DNA from: Methylococcales bacterium
GTDB lineage: Bacteria > Pseudomonadota > Gammaproteobacteria > Methylococcales > Methylomonadaceae
Direction of reading: 5' to 3'
Assembly (NCBI GenBank): GCA_030753675.1
Contig: JASMBU010000005.1
Location: 19,339 to 83,338, forward strand
DNA length: 64,000 nt
Made by a program: the position numbers and the translations under genes. This document shows positions 24,072 to 35,066 of the stretch, in pieces (within the stretch, counting starts at the first letter, position 1; each line of letters starts with the position of its first letter). The notes beneath the pieces are model-generated. The model saw only the letters and a program-made list of their open reading frames with translations. It was not told the DNA's origin and made no database searches.

Positions 24072-24332
24072 GTGATGATTAAAAGAACCTTGTTAGTCGT
24101 TGTTTTTTTAGGCACAGCCGTTGCTGTCGTATACAGCCAATATCAGGCGCGAACATTATTTATTGAAATGCAGCAACTTAAGGTCAGTTTGGACCGTTAT
24201 GAAACCGAGTGGGGGCTATTGCAATTAGAATTAATGACATTGTCAGAGCACAGTCGTATTGAGGACGCGGCGTATTCAAGGTTGCATTTTATTACGCCAA
24301 AATATGATGACATTATTTACATTAAACAGTGA
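24072..24332 (+). CDS. ftsL: Cell division protein FtsL
   Basis: 86-aa bitopic protein (TM segment LLVVVFLGTAVAVVY) followed by a coiled-coil. Sits between rsmH and ftsI. Confidence 0.85.
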   Translation: MMIKRTLLVVVFLGTAVAVVYSQYQARTLFIEMQQLKVSLDRYETEWGLLQLELMTLSEHSRIEDAAYSRLHFITPKYDDIIYIKQ

Positions 24333-26065
24333 TGATTTCACGATATCAAAAAATAGAGCGTAAAACAGGGTCTAAATTGAGGCGACGATTTTTGGTCGGG
24401 CTTATGTTTTGTGGCATGTTAATGCTGCTTGGCAAAGCCATTTCTCTACAAGTTTTAGAAAAAGAGTTTTTACAGCAACAAGGTGACATGAGACATATTG
24501 TTGCTACGGATGTATCGGCTTACAGAGGGAAGATTTTTGACAGAAATGGTGAGCCGTTGGCGATAAGTACGCCCGTAAAGTCGGTATGGTTAAACCCCAA
24601 AAAAGTCGGTGATGTAGATTCGCAGCGGATTGTTAAGCTTGAAAGTATGCTTAATATTCCTCGAGGAAAATTCACAAAAGTTGTTAAAAATAACCCAGGC
24701 AAACATTTTGTTTATCTTAAAAGACAAGTAACCCCGTCGGTAGCTGAACGAGTTAAAGCGTTAGATATAACAGGTGTACATTTAAGCCGAGAATTTAAAC
24801 GATTTTATCCGTCAGGTGAAATAACAGGGCATTTGTTAGGGTTTACGAATATTGATGATGCCGGTCAAGAGGGGCTTGAATTAGCTTTTGAAAATCTATT
24901 GAAAGGGGTGCCTGGTAAGAAGCGAGTTATGCGTGACGGCAAGAGGCATATTATTGCGGATATTGAAGAAATACGAAGCCCAGTACCTGGAAAAGATTTA
25001 CAAATAAGTATCGATAGTCGTCTTCAATATTTAGCGTACCGAGAACTTAAGGCGGCCATTAAGTCACACCAGGCTAGCTCAGGATCTTTGGTGATGTTGG
25101 ATGCTAAAACAGGAGAAGTTTTGGCCGTCGTTAATCAGCCTGGTTTCAATCCTAATGATAGAGCTGATCTACAAGGTTATCGCTATCGTAATCGGGCAAT
25201 GACAGATGTTTTTGAGCCGGGGTCAACGGTTAAGCCATTTTTGATTGCAAGTGCTCTGGATGCGGGATACGTGAAAGATGGTGAGGTCGTGGATACGTCG
25301 CCGGGGTATTATCGTATTGGCAGGAATGTGGTGCGTGATTTTCGTGACTATGGTGTTCTTGGGCTGTCCGATATTTTAAAAAAATCCAGTAATGTCGCCG
25401 TTAGTAAAATTGCTAATAAAATGCCAGCAGAAGAAATGTGGAGTTTTTATAACCGGTTAGGCATGGGGCAATCAGCCGGTATTGGGTTTCCAAGAGAGGC
25501 GAGCGGAATCTTGATTGATTATCAGGATATGGATTCTTTTGAGCAAGCGACATTGTCTTTTGGGTATGGTGTCAATATGTCGGTAATGCAATTAGCAAGG
25601 GCCTACACAGCACTAGCAGATGATGGTGTGTTGCATTCAGTAACGCTTTTTAAAAGAGAGATTGATCAGGATTCACGGCGTGTTTTTACACCCAAAACAG
25701 CAAGTAATATTCGAGCCATGCTTGAACATGTTGTGGAAAATGATGGGACGGCTCATAAGGCACGAGTGGATGGCTATTCTGTAGCAGGTAAGACAGGAAC
25801 AGTTAGGAAAATCATTAATGGTCGTTACTCTAAAGATCAGTATTTATCTTTGTTTGTGGGCATTATTCCGGCTAAGGACCCGAGATTGGTTATGGCAGTA
25901 TTGGTCGATGACCCGAAGGCTGGTGAATACTATGGCGGGGCAGTTGCGGGACCTATTTTTTCAAAGGTTATGGGTCGAAGTATGCGTATATTGGGTATTG
26001 ACCCCTCTTTTGAGCGGGACCCAAAAAGACCACTCGTATTGGTTGCTCAAGAGCATAAGTCATGA
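24329..26065 (+). CDS. ftsI: Peptidoglycan D,D-transpeptidase FtsI (PBP3)
   Basis: 578 aa. SxxK (GSTVKPF), SxN (KSSNV) and KTG (GKTGT) motifs. Correct dcw position. Confidence 0.95.
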   Translation: MMISRYQKIERKTGSKLRRRFLVGLMFCGMLMLLGKAISLQVLEKEFLQQQGDMRHIVATDVSAYRGKIFDRNGEPLAISTPVKSVWLNPKKVGDVDSQRIVKLESMLNIPRGKFTKVVKNNPGKHFVYLKRQVTPSVAERVKALDITGVHLSREFKRFYPSGEITGHLLGFTNIDDAGQEGLELAFENLLKGVPGKKRVMRDGKRHIIADIEEIRSPVPGKDLQISIDSRLQYLAYRELKAAIKSHQASSGSLVMLDAKTGEVLAVVNQPGFNPNDRADLQGYRYRNRAMTDVFEPGSTVKPFLIASALDAGYVKDGEVVDTSPGYYRIGRNVVRDFRDYGVLGLSDILKKSSNVAVSKIANKMPAEEMWSFYNRLGMGQSAGIGFPREASGILIDYQDMDSFEQATLSFGYGVNMSVMQLARAYTALADDGVLHSVTLFKREIDQDSRRVFTPKTASNIRAMLEHVVENDGTAHKARVDGYSVAGKTGTVRKIINGRYSKDQYLSLFVGIIPAKDPRLVMAVLVDDPKAGEYYGGAVAGPIFSKVMGRSMRILGIDPSFERDPKRPLVLVAQEHKS

Positions 26066-27567
26066 TGGCGGAGCGAAAAGAAGAGAGCGGGGTTTGGTTG
26101 TCAGAATTGCTAAATGGATTGGTAACCATAACGTATGACCAACAGATTACGGGTTTGTCGTTAGATAGCCGAAAAGTCATGGTGGGTGATTTATTTTTTG
26201 CTGTTTCAGGGTCTGATGATCACGGTTTAAATTTTGCTATTGAGGCCTTAAATAAAGGTGCTGTTGCGATTGTTTATGATCCTTCAGATACGGCAATTGT
26301 TTGTGATAATGCGATATCTTCAAAAGTACTTATTGAAATATTGGGATTAAGCGAGAAAGTCGGTATTATTGCATCGCGTTTTTATGGCGAGCCATCACGC
26401 CAGTGTCGTGTTATTGGTGTGACGGGTACCAATGGAAAAACATCATGTGTACAATTTTTACAGCAATGTCTACCGCGTAGTGGATCCATAGGGACTCTGG
26501 GTTGGGGAGATGGTGAACATTTATCGGAGACGAGAAATACGACCCCTGATGCTGTTGAGTTACAAAGAATTCTGGCTCAATTTCAGGCTAACAGTATGGC
26601 TTATGTAGCTATGGAGGTCTCGTCACATGGTTTGCATCAAAAAAGGGTTTCCGGTGTGAGTTTTGATGGGGTTATGGTAACTAATATTACGCGTGATCAT
26701 TTAGATTACCATGGAAGTATGGAAAATTATGTGGCAGCAAAGCTAGCTTTGTTAGCTACACCAGGAGTGCGTTTTGCCGTGGTGAATTTAGGCGGCGATT
26801 ATCTAGAACAAATTTTAGCTGCTGTTCCTGAAAATGTCATGATCTGGGGAGTAAATTTAGGCGGAGAACAGCGTAAGGGTATTCATGTGTTAAACATTAG
26901 TGCTATGAGGTTTCAAGAGGATGGTTTGTGCTTTGATGTAGAGTACCAAGACGTACATCAAGTCGTTTCGATTCCGCTTTATGGCGATGTTAATGTGGAA
27001 AATGCAGCGATGGTCATGGCAGTATTATTAGCGCTTGATTATTCACTTGATGAGGTTTGTGCAAGAATTGGTAAGGTAAAGTCGATTCCTGGTCGTATGG
27101 AAATGTTTAAAAGTAAAGGTGACTTGCCAACGATTGTTGTTGATTATGCGCACACTCCGGATGCATTAAAAAAACTCTTGGTAATGGTTAGAAGGCATTG
27201 TGAAGGTGTTGTCTGGTTAGTGTTTGGTTGTGGCGGTAATAGAGATGTAGGCAAGCGAAGTCAGATGGGAGTGATTGCAGAGCAGTTTTCAGACTATGTC
27301 ATTATCACCAATGATAATCCGCGTTCAGAGTCAGAGCAACAAATAGTTAGCGATATAATTTCGCAGTGTCAGGGATCTAAAATAGAAATTATTTATGATC
27401 GTGGTACTGCAATAAAGAAGACAGTTAAAAAAGCGAACAAAGATGATTGTGTTGTTATTGCAGGGAAAGGTCATGAGGAATATCAAGAGCTGAACGATAA
27501 AATAATAGAACTAAGCGACCGAAAAATAGTGACTACATTATTAACCAGTGGGGCGGGTATATGTTGA
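26062..27567 (+). CDS. murE: UDP-N-acetylmuramoyl-L-alanyl-D-glutamate--2,6-diaminopimelate ligase
   Basis: Mur ligase P-loop GVTGTNGKTS, and DNPR motif (ITNDNPRSE) typical of the mDAP-adding MurE. Confidence 0.93.
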   Translation: MMAERKEESGVWLSELLNGLVTITYDQQITGLSLDSRKVMVGDLFFAVSGSDDHGLNFAIEALNKGAVAIVYDPSDTAIVCDNAISSKVLIEILGLSEKVGIIASRFYGEPSRQCRVIGVTGTNGKTSCVQFLQQCLPRSGSIGTLGWGDGEHLSETRNTTPDAVELQRILAQFQANSMAYVAMEVSSHGLHQKRVSGVSFDGVMVTNITRDHLDYHGSMENYVAAKLALLATPGVRFAVVNLGGDYLEQILAAVPENVMIWGVNLGGEQRKGIHVLNISAMRFQEDGLCFDVEYQDVHQVVSIPLYGDVNVENAAMVMAVLLALDYSLDEVCARIGKVKSIPGRMEMFKSKGDLPTIVVDYAHTPDALKKLLVMVRRHCEGVVWLVFGCGGNRDVGKRSQMGVIAEQFSDYVIITNDNPRSESEQQIVSDIISQCQGSKIEIIYDRGTAIKKTVKKANKDDCVVIAGKGHEEYQELNDKIIELSDRKIVTTLLTSGAGIC

Positions 27568-28925
27568 ATATGTCACTCCAAGAGATGAGTCGTATTGTCG
27601 GCGTGGAGGGTGCCGATAGTAATATTAGAATTGATTCCATAAGCATTGATACCCGAACACTTAATCCGGGTGATTGTTATTTGGCATTAAAAGGCGCTCA
27701 GTTTGATGGTCATGATTTTGTCGTGCGAGCAGAAGAATTGCAAGCGGCTGCAATTATTTGTGAATCGCCCCAAGAAATTAATATCCCTCAAGTGGTTGTA
27801 AGCAACACGCGTGATGCACTAGCCAAATTAGGTCGTGCCCATAGGAATAAAAACGCAGCAAAGATTGTGGGTGTTACCGGCAGTAATGGTAAAACAACAG
27901 TCAAAGAAATGATTGCCAGTATATTGGCTGAGGTTGGACAGACATTGGCAACCATGGGCAATCTAAATAATGATATTGGCGTGCCGCTAACTTTATTGCG
28001 ATTGAGTGATGAGGATGTCTTTGGTGTGATTGAGATGGGTGCCAATCAGCCCGGTGATATAGCTTATCTGAGTCAATGTGTGGAGCCCAATATTGGTGTG
28101 ATTACGAATATTTCAGCAGCGCATTTAGAAGGTTTTGAGACCTTAGAAGGTGTTGCGGAAACCAAGTGTGAATTGCTTGAGTCACTGGGTGAATTAGGAA
28201 TTGCGGTCTTAAATAAAGATGATGTATTTTTTGATTTTTGTGTGCGGTGCGCTGGGCCATCAAAGGTCATTTCATTTGGATTAACCCCGTCAGCTGATGT
28301 GAGTTCTAGTGCTATTAAAGAAGAGTTAAGTGCTGGAAAAATGTTGACACAATTCACAGTTAAACATAAAAAAGTAATGTTTGATGTGACGTTAGGCTTG
28401 GTTGGGGAACATAACATTAAGAATGCATTGGCAGCCAGTGCGGTCGCCATAGCACTAGGGGTGGATTGTCAGTTTATACAGAAGGGATTGGAAAAAGTAG
28501 GCCCCGTTCCTGGACGAATGGAGCCTTTGGTGATGGCCAATGGAACGGTGATAATTAATGATACTTATAATGCAAATCCTGCATCGTTAGGGGCGGCACT
28601 AGCCGTGCTTAAGGATAGTGGCGGTGAGTTTTGGGTTGTGCTAGGTGCGATGGGTGAACTAGGTGAAAACAGTCGCTTATTGCATGATGAAGTTGGGCAA
28701 CAAATCAGGTTAATGGGAGCAATGCGCTTATTGGCGATTGGCCCCGATGCTAAGAGCACTGCTGATGCTTTTGGCAACGGGGCTGTTTTTTTTGAAACCC
28801 AAGAAGCGATGATCTCAATGTTAAAAAAAGAGTTGACTGGTGTTGAAACAATTTTAGTTAAAGGATCAAGGAAGCAAAAAATGGAGAATGTAGTGAGTGC
28901 TTTGATGCAAGGTCGCAGGCATTGA
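27561..28925 (+). CDS. murF: UDP-N-acetylmuramoyl-tripeptide--D-alanyl-D-alanine ligase
   Basis: Mur ligase P-loop [14 protein letters not shown]. Correct dcw position. Confidence 0.93.
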   Translation: MLNMSLQEMSRIVGVEGADSNIRIDSISIDTRTLNPGDCYLALKGAQFDGHDFVVRAEELQAAAIICESPQEINIPQVVVSNTRDALAKLGRAHRNKNAAKIVGVTGSNGKTTVKEMIASILAEVGQTLATMGNLNNDIGVPLTLLRLSDEDVFGVIEMGANQPGDIAYLSQCVEPNIGVITNISAAHLEGFETLEGVAETKCELLESLGELGIAVLNKDDVFFDFCVRCAGPSKVISFGLTPSADVSSSAIKEELSAGKMLTQFTVKHKKVMFDVTLGLVGEHNIKNALAASAVAIALGVDCQFIQKGLEKVGPVPGRMEPLVMANGTVIINDTYNANPASLGAALAVLKDSGGEFWVVLGAMGELGENSRLLHDEVGQQIRLMGAMRLLAIGPDAKSTADAFGNGAVFFETQEAMISMLKKELTGVETILVKGSRKQKMENVVSALMQGRRH

Positions 28926-28926
28926 T

Positions 28927-30009
28927 ATGTTGTTATATTTAACGGAATATTTAATGACATTGGATGGATCGTTTAGAGTATTCCAGTATTTGACGCTCAG
29001 GGCTATTTTAGGCGCATTAACCGCATTAGCTATTTCTTTTGCTGTCGGTCCTGTCATGATTCGGAAGTTGACGCAAAATAATATTGGTCAGAATATTCGT
29101 GATTGTGGTCCTGAAGGGCATTTAATAAAGGCAGGAACGCCGACTATGGGCGGTGCTTTAATATTGGTAGCTATCTTCTTTAGTACCCTGATGTGGGCCG
29201 ATTTGGAGAATCGTTATATTTGGAGTTTATTGTTTGTCACATTAAGTTTTGGTGTGATTGGTTTTGTTGATGATTTTAAGAAACTTAAACTGGGGGATAG
29301 TAAAGGTCTATCAGCTGCAATGAAGTATTTTTGGCAATCGATAGTGGGTCTTGTTGCGGCTGTTTTCTTATTTTATACCGCTCAGGTTCCTGCGGAAACA
29401 GAGTTGATCGTGCCATTTTTTAAGACCGTCATTATCCCTTTAGGGGAGTTCTATATCTTATTAGCATATTTCGTTATTGTTGGAACCAGCAATGCAGTGA
29501 ATTTAACCGATGGGTTGGATGGGTTAGCTATTCTCCCAGCAGTAATGGTAGCGGGTGGGTTAGCGATATTTGCTTATTTATCAGGGCATGCCAATTTTGC
29601 CAGTTATTTATCCATTCCATATTTACCGGAGACAGGTGAGACTGTTATTTTCGCAACAGCATTGATGGGCGCTGGGTTGGGTTTTTTGTGGTTTAACACA
29701 TATCCAGCTATGGTATTTATGGGTGATGTAGGGGCATTGGCTTTAGGTGGGGCTTTAGGGTTGTTAGCTGTTATTGTTCGCCAAGAAATTGTATTGATGA
29801 TTATGGGTGGTGTTTTTGTAGTTGAAACATTATCAGTCATTATACAAGTCGCGTCTTTTAAATTGACCGGCAAGCGAGTGTTTCGTATGGCGCCTATTCA
29901 TCATCACTTTGAACTTAAAGGGTGGCCCGAGCCAAGAGTCATTGTACGGTTTTGGATTATTACCGTTATTTTAGTTTTAATTGGATTAGCGACGCTGAAA
30001 CTAAGATGA
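28927..30009 (+). CDS. mraY: Phospho-N-acetylmuramoyl-pentapeptide transferase
   Basis: 360-aa polytopic protein with [13 protein letters not shown] and PIHHHFE motifs. Confidence 0.96.
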   Translation: MLLYLTEYLMTLDGSFRVFQYLTLRAILGALTALAISFAVGPVMIRKLTQNNIGQNIRDCGPEGHLIKAGTPTMGGALILVAIFFSTLMWADLENRYIWSLLFVTLSFGVIGFVDDFKKLKLGDSKGLSAAMKYFWQSIVGLVAAVFLFYTAQVPAETELIVPFFKTVIIPLGEFYILLAYFVIVGTSNAVNLTDGLDGLAILPAVMVAGGLAIFAYLSGHANFASYLSIPYLPETGETVIFATALMGAGLGFLWFNTYPAMVFMGDVGALALGGALGLLAVIVRQEIVLMIMGGVFVVETLSVIIQVASFKLTGKRVFRMAPIHHHFELKGWPEPRVIVRFWIITVILVLIGLATLKLR

Positions 30010-31379
30010 TGAATCTAGAGACGGTAAAAAAAAATGTGGCAAAGAAAATAGATTTTACTACAGCGCCAATCCACATTTTGATTGTGGGTCTAGGTGTGAC
30101 AGGTCTTTCTATTGCGCGTTTTTTAAAAAAGATAGAAGTTAACTTTTCGCTCATTGATAGCCGTCAAAATTTGGGTAATTTAACGCAAATAAAGACAATG
30201 TTTGCAGATTCTGAATTGTTCACGGGTGGATTCTCGGAAGCCAAGTTTAGTGGGGTTACCCACCTATTTGTCAGTCCAGGTGTGTCGTTGGATGAGCCTG
30301 CAATTGCTAAATGTTTGGATGAAGGCGCCGTTTTATTAAGTGATATTGATTTATTTGCTTTTTGTATTGATGCGCCGGTGATTGCAATCACAGGGTCAAA
30401 TGGGAAAAGTACCGTTACGACCATGGTTGAGGGTATGGCTCGAAGAGCGGGTATTAAGGTTCGAGCTGGTGGCAATTTGGGTGTTCCCGCACTGGACCTG
30501 ATGGCCGATGATATAGCCTTGTATGTTTTGGAATTATCCAGTTTTCAACTGGAAAGAATGACAGCATTGAGACCACAAGCCGCCGTAGTATTGAATGTCA
30601 GCAGTGATCATATGGATCGGTATTCTAATATTGATGATTATGCAAAAGTAAAAAGTAAAATTTATGATCATGCGATGACTTGTGTGATTAATGTGGATGA
30701 TCCAAGAGTCTCAGCGATGGTGACTTTAAAACCAACAACTATAACGTACAGCGTGACAAAGAGGGCAGGCTTTAGTGTGAGGAATGAGAGCGGTTCACTA
30801 TGGTTGGTTAATGGGGATAAGTCGGTTATAGTCCGAAGTAAGATTTTAGTCGTGGGTGAACACAATACCAGTAATGCTCTTGCTGCAATGGCTTTGGCTA
30901 CAGCCGTAGGTATATCGATTGACTCAATAGTTGGCGCGTTAATGGATTATCAGGGGTTGCCCCATCGGTTGCAAATTGTATCTGTTGATCATGAGTTGAT
31001 TTGGGTTAATGACTCAAAGGCAACCAACCCTTCTTCATGTATGGCGGCGTTAAAAGCGTTTGATAAGAAGGTAGTTTTAATTGCTGGCGGGGATTGCAAA
31101 GGAGCCGATTTAACAGAATTAGCAACCATAATTCAACAACAAGCCCGAATAGTTATTTTATTTGGCCGCGATGCACAACGTATTGAAGATGCATTAGAAA
31201 AAAGTGTGCTTGTTTATAATTCCGAAACCTTAGAAGAGGCTGTTTTAATTGCAAAAGAGCTGGCTATTGCGGGAGAAACAGTACTGTTATCACCTGCGTG
31301 TGCAAGTCTGGATCAATTTAAAAATTATCAAGAGCGAGGAGATATATTTGTGCAAACAGTAAGAAGGATAGCGGCATGA
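30006..31379 (+). CDS. murD: UDP-N-acetylmuramoylalanine--D-glutamate ligase
   Basis: Rossmann N-terminus [12 protein letters not shown] and P-loop [13 protein letters not shown] 30006 overlaps the mraY stop (ATGATGA). The track start at 29922 lies inside mraY. Confidence 0.93.
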   Translation: MMNLETVKKNVAKKIDFTTAPIHILIVGLGVTGLSIARFLKKIEVNFSLIDSRQNLGNLTQIKTMFADSELFTGGFSEAKFSGVTHLFVSPGVSLDEPAIAKCLDEGAVLLSDIDLFAFCIDAPVIAITGSNGKSTVTTMVEGMARRAGIKVRAGGNLGVPALDLMADDIALYVLELSSFQLERMTALRPQAAVVLNVSSDHMDRYSNIDDYAKVKSKIYDHAMTCVINVDDPRVSAMVTLKPTTITYSVTKRAGFSVRNESGSLWLVNGDKSVIVRSKILVVGEHNTSNALAAMALATAVGISIDSIVGALMDYQGLPHRLQIVSVDHELIWVNDSKATNPSSCMAALKAFDKKVVLIAGGDCKGADLTELATIIQQQARIVILFGRDAQRIEDALEKSVLVYNSETLEEAVLIAKELAIAGETVLLSPACASLDQFKNYQERGDIFVQTVRRIAA

Positions 31380-32560
31380 AATTGATTCAAGAGTGTCTGC
31401 AGACGATGACTGATTTGCGAAATCATTATGATGGGATTTTAGCCATTTCATCGATCAGTATTTTGATTATTGGTTTTGTTATGATGACATCGGCTTCATT
31501 GCACTTAGGCGGTAAAATAGCAGGTAATCCCTTTCATTACCCTGTGCGACAGTTCATTCATATTTGTTTAGGAGTTAGTTTTGGGGCTGTTATTTTAACC
31601 ATTAATATGAGGTTCTGGGAAAAATCAGGTCAATGGCTATTTTTATTCGGAGTATTTTTACTGGTTATGGTTCTGATTCCTGGTGTGGGTGTGAAAGTTA
31701 ATGGCAGTATGCGTTGGATTCAATTGATTGGTTTTAGAGTTCAGGTATCAGAAATTATGAAACTGTTTTCTGTGATTTATATGGCAGGTTATGTTGCGCG
31801 CCACCAAGAGGTGGTTAAAGTTTCTGCTTATGGAATTGTAAAGCCTTTAATGCTGTTTGTGTTTGCCTGTGTGTTCTTATTGTTGGAGCCAGATTTTGGG
31901 TCGGCTGTTGTGATTTTAACCATAGCAATGGGCGTAATGTTTTTAGGGGGCGCTAGATTGTGGCAATTTTTAGCTTTGGGTGTATTTTTAGTTTCAATGG
32001 CTGTCATGCTTTGTTATTTTTCTGAATATCGGTGGGCGCGAATCATCAGTTTTCTTGATCCGTGGGCAGACCCATTAGATAAAGGCTTTCAATTGGTTCA
32101 GGCGCTGATAGCCTTTGGTCAAGGGGAATGGGTGGGTGTGGGATTAGGGAGTAGTATTCAAAAGTTATTTTATTTGCCTGAGGCCCATACAGATTTTTTG
32201 TTTTCGGTAATTGCTGAAGAATTAGGTTTGCTGGGTGTGATTACAGTGATCGCATTATTTACGGTATTTATTTGGCGCGCATTCGTGATTGGTGAGAAAG
32301 CGGAGAAGGCGGGGTATCTGTTTTCGGCGTTTATTGCTTATGGATTGGCGATATGGTTTGGATTCCAGGCTTTCGTAAATATCGGCGTCAATATGGGTAT
32401 GTTGCCCACAAAAGGGTTGACTTTGCCGTTGATGAGTTATGGTGGTGGAAGCATGATTGTCATGTGTGCGGGAGTTGCATTACTTTTTAGAATTAACATG
32501 GAAACAGAAAAAATAACGTCATCAGTCCCTAAAGGAAAAAGGCAATGGATAGGCGTATAG
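31376..32560 (+). CDS. ftsW: SEDS-family peptidoglycan glycosyltransferase FtsW
   Basis: 394-aa polytopic protein. QPSE-like region EPDFGSAVV, PEAHTDFLFSVIAEELG, and GLTLPLMSYGG. Confidence 0.93.
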   Translation: MKLIQECLQTMTDLRNHYDGILAISSISILIIGFVMMTSASLHLGGKIAGNPFHYPVRQFIHICLGVSFGAVILTINMRFWEKSGQWLFLFGVFLLVMVLIPGVGVKVNGSMRWIQLIGFRVQVSEIMKLFSVIYMAGYVARHQEVVKVSAYGIVKPLMLFVFACVFLLLEPDFGSAVVILTIAMGVMFLGGARLWQFLALGVFLVSMAVMLCYFSEYRWARIISFLDPWADPLDKGFQLVQALIAFGQGEWVGVGLGSSIQKLFYLPEAHTDFLFSVIAEELGLLGVITVIALFTVFIWRAFVIGEKAEKAGYLFSAFIAYGLAIWFGFQAFVNIGVNMGMLPTKGLTLPLMSYGGGSMIVMCAGVALLFRINMETEKITSSVPKGKRQWIGV

Positions 32561-33606
32561 TCATCATGGCAGGTGGAACAGGCGGGCATGTTTATCCTGC
32601 CTTGGCAGTGGCTTTGCAGTTACAGAAGGAAAATTGGCAAGTGACATGGATGGGAACGAAAACAGGGATAGAGTCAAGAGTCGTTCCTGAAAATAATTTA
32701 GTGATAGATTATGTGTCGGTTTCGAGTATCAGAGGGAAAGGATTGTGGCGTCGATTCGCTGCATCGTTTATGTTGCTGAAATCAATTTTTCAGGTTTTTG
32801 GTATCCTCAATCGGCGAAAGCCAGCAGTGATATTAGGTTTAGGGGGGTTTGTGGCAGGACCCGGAGGAGTGATCGCTAAGATGTTGGGTATACCGCTGGT
32901 TATTCATGAGCAAAATAGGGTTCCCGGCACCACCAATCGTATTCTTGCAAAATGGGCTGATCGGGTTTTAGAAGGGTTTCCAAATAGTTTTCCTGAGACT
33001 AGTGGTGCTGAGTATGTGGGCAACCCGTTACGACCTGCGATTGAAATGCTGAAATCGAAAAATTCCTCTGTGCAAAAGCCTTTAAATATATTGGTTCTAG
33101 GCGGTAGTTTGGGAGCCCGTAAGTTAAATGAAATAGTACCGGATACCTTTGCCATGATTCACTCGGTCAATGTGGTACATCAAACCGGTTTGGCAATGCA
33201 TGAGCAGGTTAAGGCATGTTATTTAAATCACAAAAGGCCTGTTGAGGTCGTGGCTTTTATTGAAGATATGGCTGCACGATATAGTTGGGCAGATTTAATA
33301 ATCTGTCGTTCAGGGGCCATGACAGTCAGCGAAGTCGCAGCTGCAGGTTTGCCCAGTATTATGATTCCTTTTCCTTTTGCGATAGATGATCATCAAACAG
33401 CAAACGCACAATATCTGGTCGATGTTAAGGCCAGTATTTTGATCGCTCAATCAAAATTGAATGCAAAGCGATTGGCTCAGGAAATAGAGCATTTAATTGA
33501 TCATCCATCACAATTAGAGCAAATGGGCAAAGCCGCAAGACAATGTGCGCAATGGGATGCAACAAAAGCGGTCGCTAATATTTGTATTGATGAGGGGTCA
33601 ATATGA
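32545..33606 (+). CDS. murG: UDP-GlcNAc:lipid I N-acetylglucosaminyltransferase MurG
   Basis: AGGTGGHVYPALAV N-terminal G-loop and GAMTVSEVAAAGLP. Confidence 0.95.
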   Translation: MDRRIVIMAGGTGGHVYPALAVALQLQKENWQVTWMGTKTGIESRVVPENNLVIDYVSVSSIRGKGLWRRFAASFMLLKSIFQVFGILNRRKPAVILGLGGFVAGPGGVIAKMLGIPLVIHEQNRVPGTTNRILAKWADRVLEGFPNSFPETSGAEYVGNPLRPAIEMLKSKNSSVQKPLNILVLGGSLGARKLNEIVPDTFAMIHSVNVVHQTGLAMHEQVKACYLNHKRPVEVVAFIEDMAARYSWADLIICRSGAMTVSEVAAAGLPSIMIPFPFAIDDHQTANAQYLVDVKASILIAQSKLNAKRLAQEIEHLIDHPSQLEQMGKAARQCAQWDATKAVANICIDEGSI

Positions 33607-35066
33607 ACCGACCTGAGAGTGTAATCACATTACAAGATATGGGCCATATTGAGAAAATACATTTTGTGGGTATCGGAGGAACAGGGATGAGCGGTATTGC
33701 AGAAGTATTGCTTAATCTAGGGTTTAATGTTTCAGGATCAGATCAATCCAGTAGCGTCATTACCGAGCATTTAATTGACTTAGGTGTGGACATTAGTTCT
33801 GAACATAACGCAGTGAATGTGGAGTATGCAGATGTGGTGGTGGTTTCATCAGCAATTGAATCAAATAATATAGAAATAAAAACCGCAAAACAGAAACGTA
33901 TACCGGTCATTCCACGGGCTGAAATGTTAGCGGAATTAATGCGCTTTAGGTACGGTATTGCTATAGCAGGCACGCATGGAAAAACGACCACCACTAGCAT
34001 GATTGCCAATATGATGGCTGAAGGTGATTTAGATCCGACCTTTGTAATTGGAGGACGGTTAAATAGTTCAGGGGCTAATGCAAAATTAGGATTAGGTCAT
34101 TATTTAGTGGCTGAAGCAGATGAAAGTGATGCTTCATTTTTACATTTGCAGCCCATGATAGCGATAGTGACAAACATTGATCGTGATCACATGGAAACCT
34201 ATGAAGGGGATTATCAGCGTTTACAAGACGCCTTTGTTGAGTTTTTATCACACTTGCCTTTTTATGGTCTAGCTGTGGTTTGTGTGGATGACCCGGGTGT
34301 TAAATTGCTGTTGCCTAAAATATCGAAGCCTTGTAAGACCTATGGCTTCGCCGTTGATGCGGATGTGTATGCTACTGATATAAAACAAAATGGCTTACAA
34401 ACAACCTGTCAGGTTCAGCGATGGGGCGACCATGGTGTTTTGAATATTACTTTAAATATGCCGGGGTTACATAATTTACTGAATGCGCTTGCAGGCATTA
34501 CAGTGGCGACTCATTTGAATGTTTCAGATCAAGCGATTATAGAAAGTTTAAAAACATTTAGTGGGGTTGCTAGAAGGTTTCAAATTAACCAAGAGTTTGA
34601 CTATCAGAATGAGAAGGTAACGTTGGTAGATGATTATGGTCATCACCCCCGTGAAATAGAAGCCACCTTGGGGTCATTAAAACAAGCGTGGCCAGAACGC
34701 CGATCAATCGTGATTTTTCAACCCCATCGTTACACTAGGACACGCGATTTATTTGAAGATTTTGTCAAGGTGCTTTCATCAGTTGATATTCTTATTTTGC
34801 TGGAAGTGTATTCCGCAGGTGAATCACTCATAGCAGGTGCTGACGGGCGTGCTATGGCGCAGGCTATTAGAGCTAGAGGGCAGGTTAATCCAATTTTTGT
34901 AGAACATAGACCTGATTTGTTGGAAATTTTAGAAGCATTAATTCAACCTAAAGATGTGGTGTTAACTTTGGGAGCTGGAAGTGTGAGTAAAATAGCTAGT
35001 GAATTGTCAGAGGGATTGCCTGAAAGAATGAGAGCTAAAAATTCTGCGGGGGAAGGGAGGTTATGA
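33603..35066 (+). CDS. murC: UDP-N-acetylmuramate--L-alanine ligase
   Basis: FVGIGGTGMSGIAEVL and P-loop IAGTHGKTTTTSM. Confidence 0.95.
   Translation: MNRPESVITLQDMGHIEKIHFVGIGGTGMSGIAEVLLNLGFNVSGSDQSSSVITEHLIDLGVDISSEHNAVNVEYADVVVVSSAIESNNIEIKTAKQKRIPVIPRAEMLAELMRFRYGIAIAGTHGKTTTTSMIANMMAEGDLDPTFVIGGRLNSSGANAKLGLGHYLVAEADESDASFLHLQPMIAIVTNIDRDHMETYEGDYQRLQDAFVEFLSHLPFYGLAVVCVDDPGVKLLLPKISKPCKTYGFAVDADVYATDIKQNGLQTTCQVQRWGDHGVLNITLNMPGLHNLLNALAGITVATHLNVSDQAIIESLKTFSGVARRFQINQEFDYQNEKVTLVDDYGHHPREIEATLGSLKQAWPERRSIVIFQPHRYTRTRDLFEDFVKVLSSVDILILLEVYSAGESLIAGADGRAMAQAIRARGQVNPIFVEHRPDLLEILEALIQPKDVVLTLGAGSVSKIASELSEGLPERMRAKNSAGEGRL

Noticed and set aside
28073-28960. Long minus-strand ORFs (125 aa and 131 aa) inside murF. 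Similar antisense ORFs occur in lpxC (40335-40799, 154 aa), gpsA (46027-46380), ftsZ (39133-39447), secA (43164-43532) and ctpA (51365-51676).
   Set aside because: Each lies wholly within a strongly supported, motif-bearing gene on the opposite strand. The translations are low-complexity (S/P/T/A/I-rich), with no recognisable domains. These are typical shadow ORFs.
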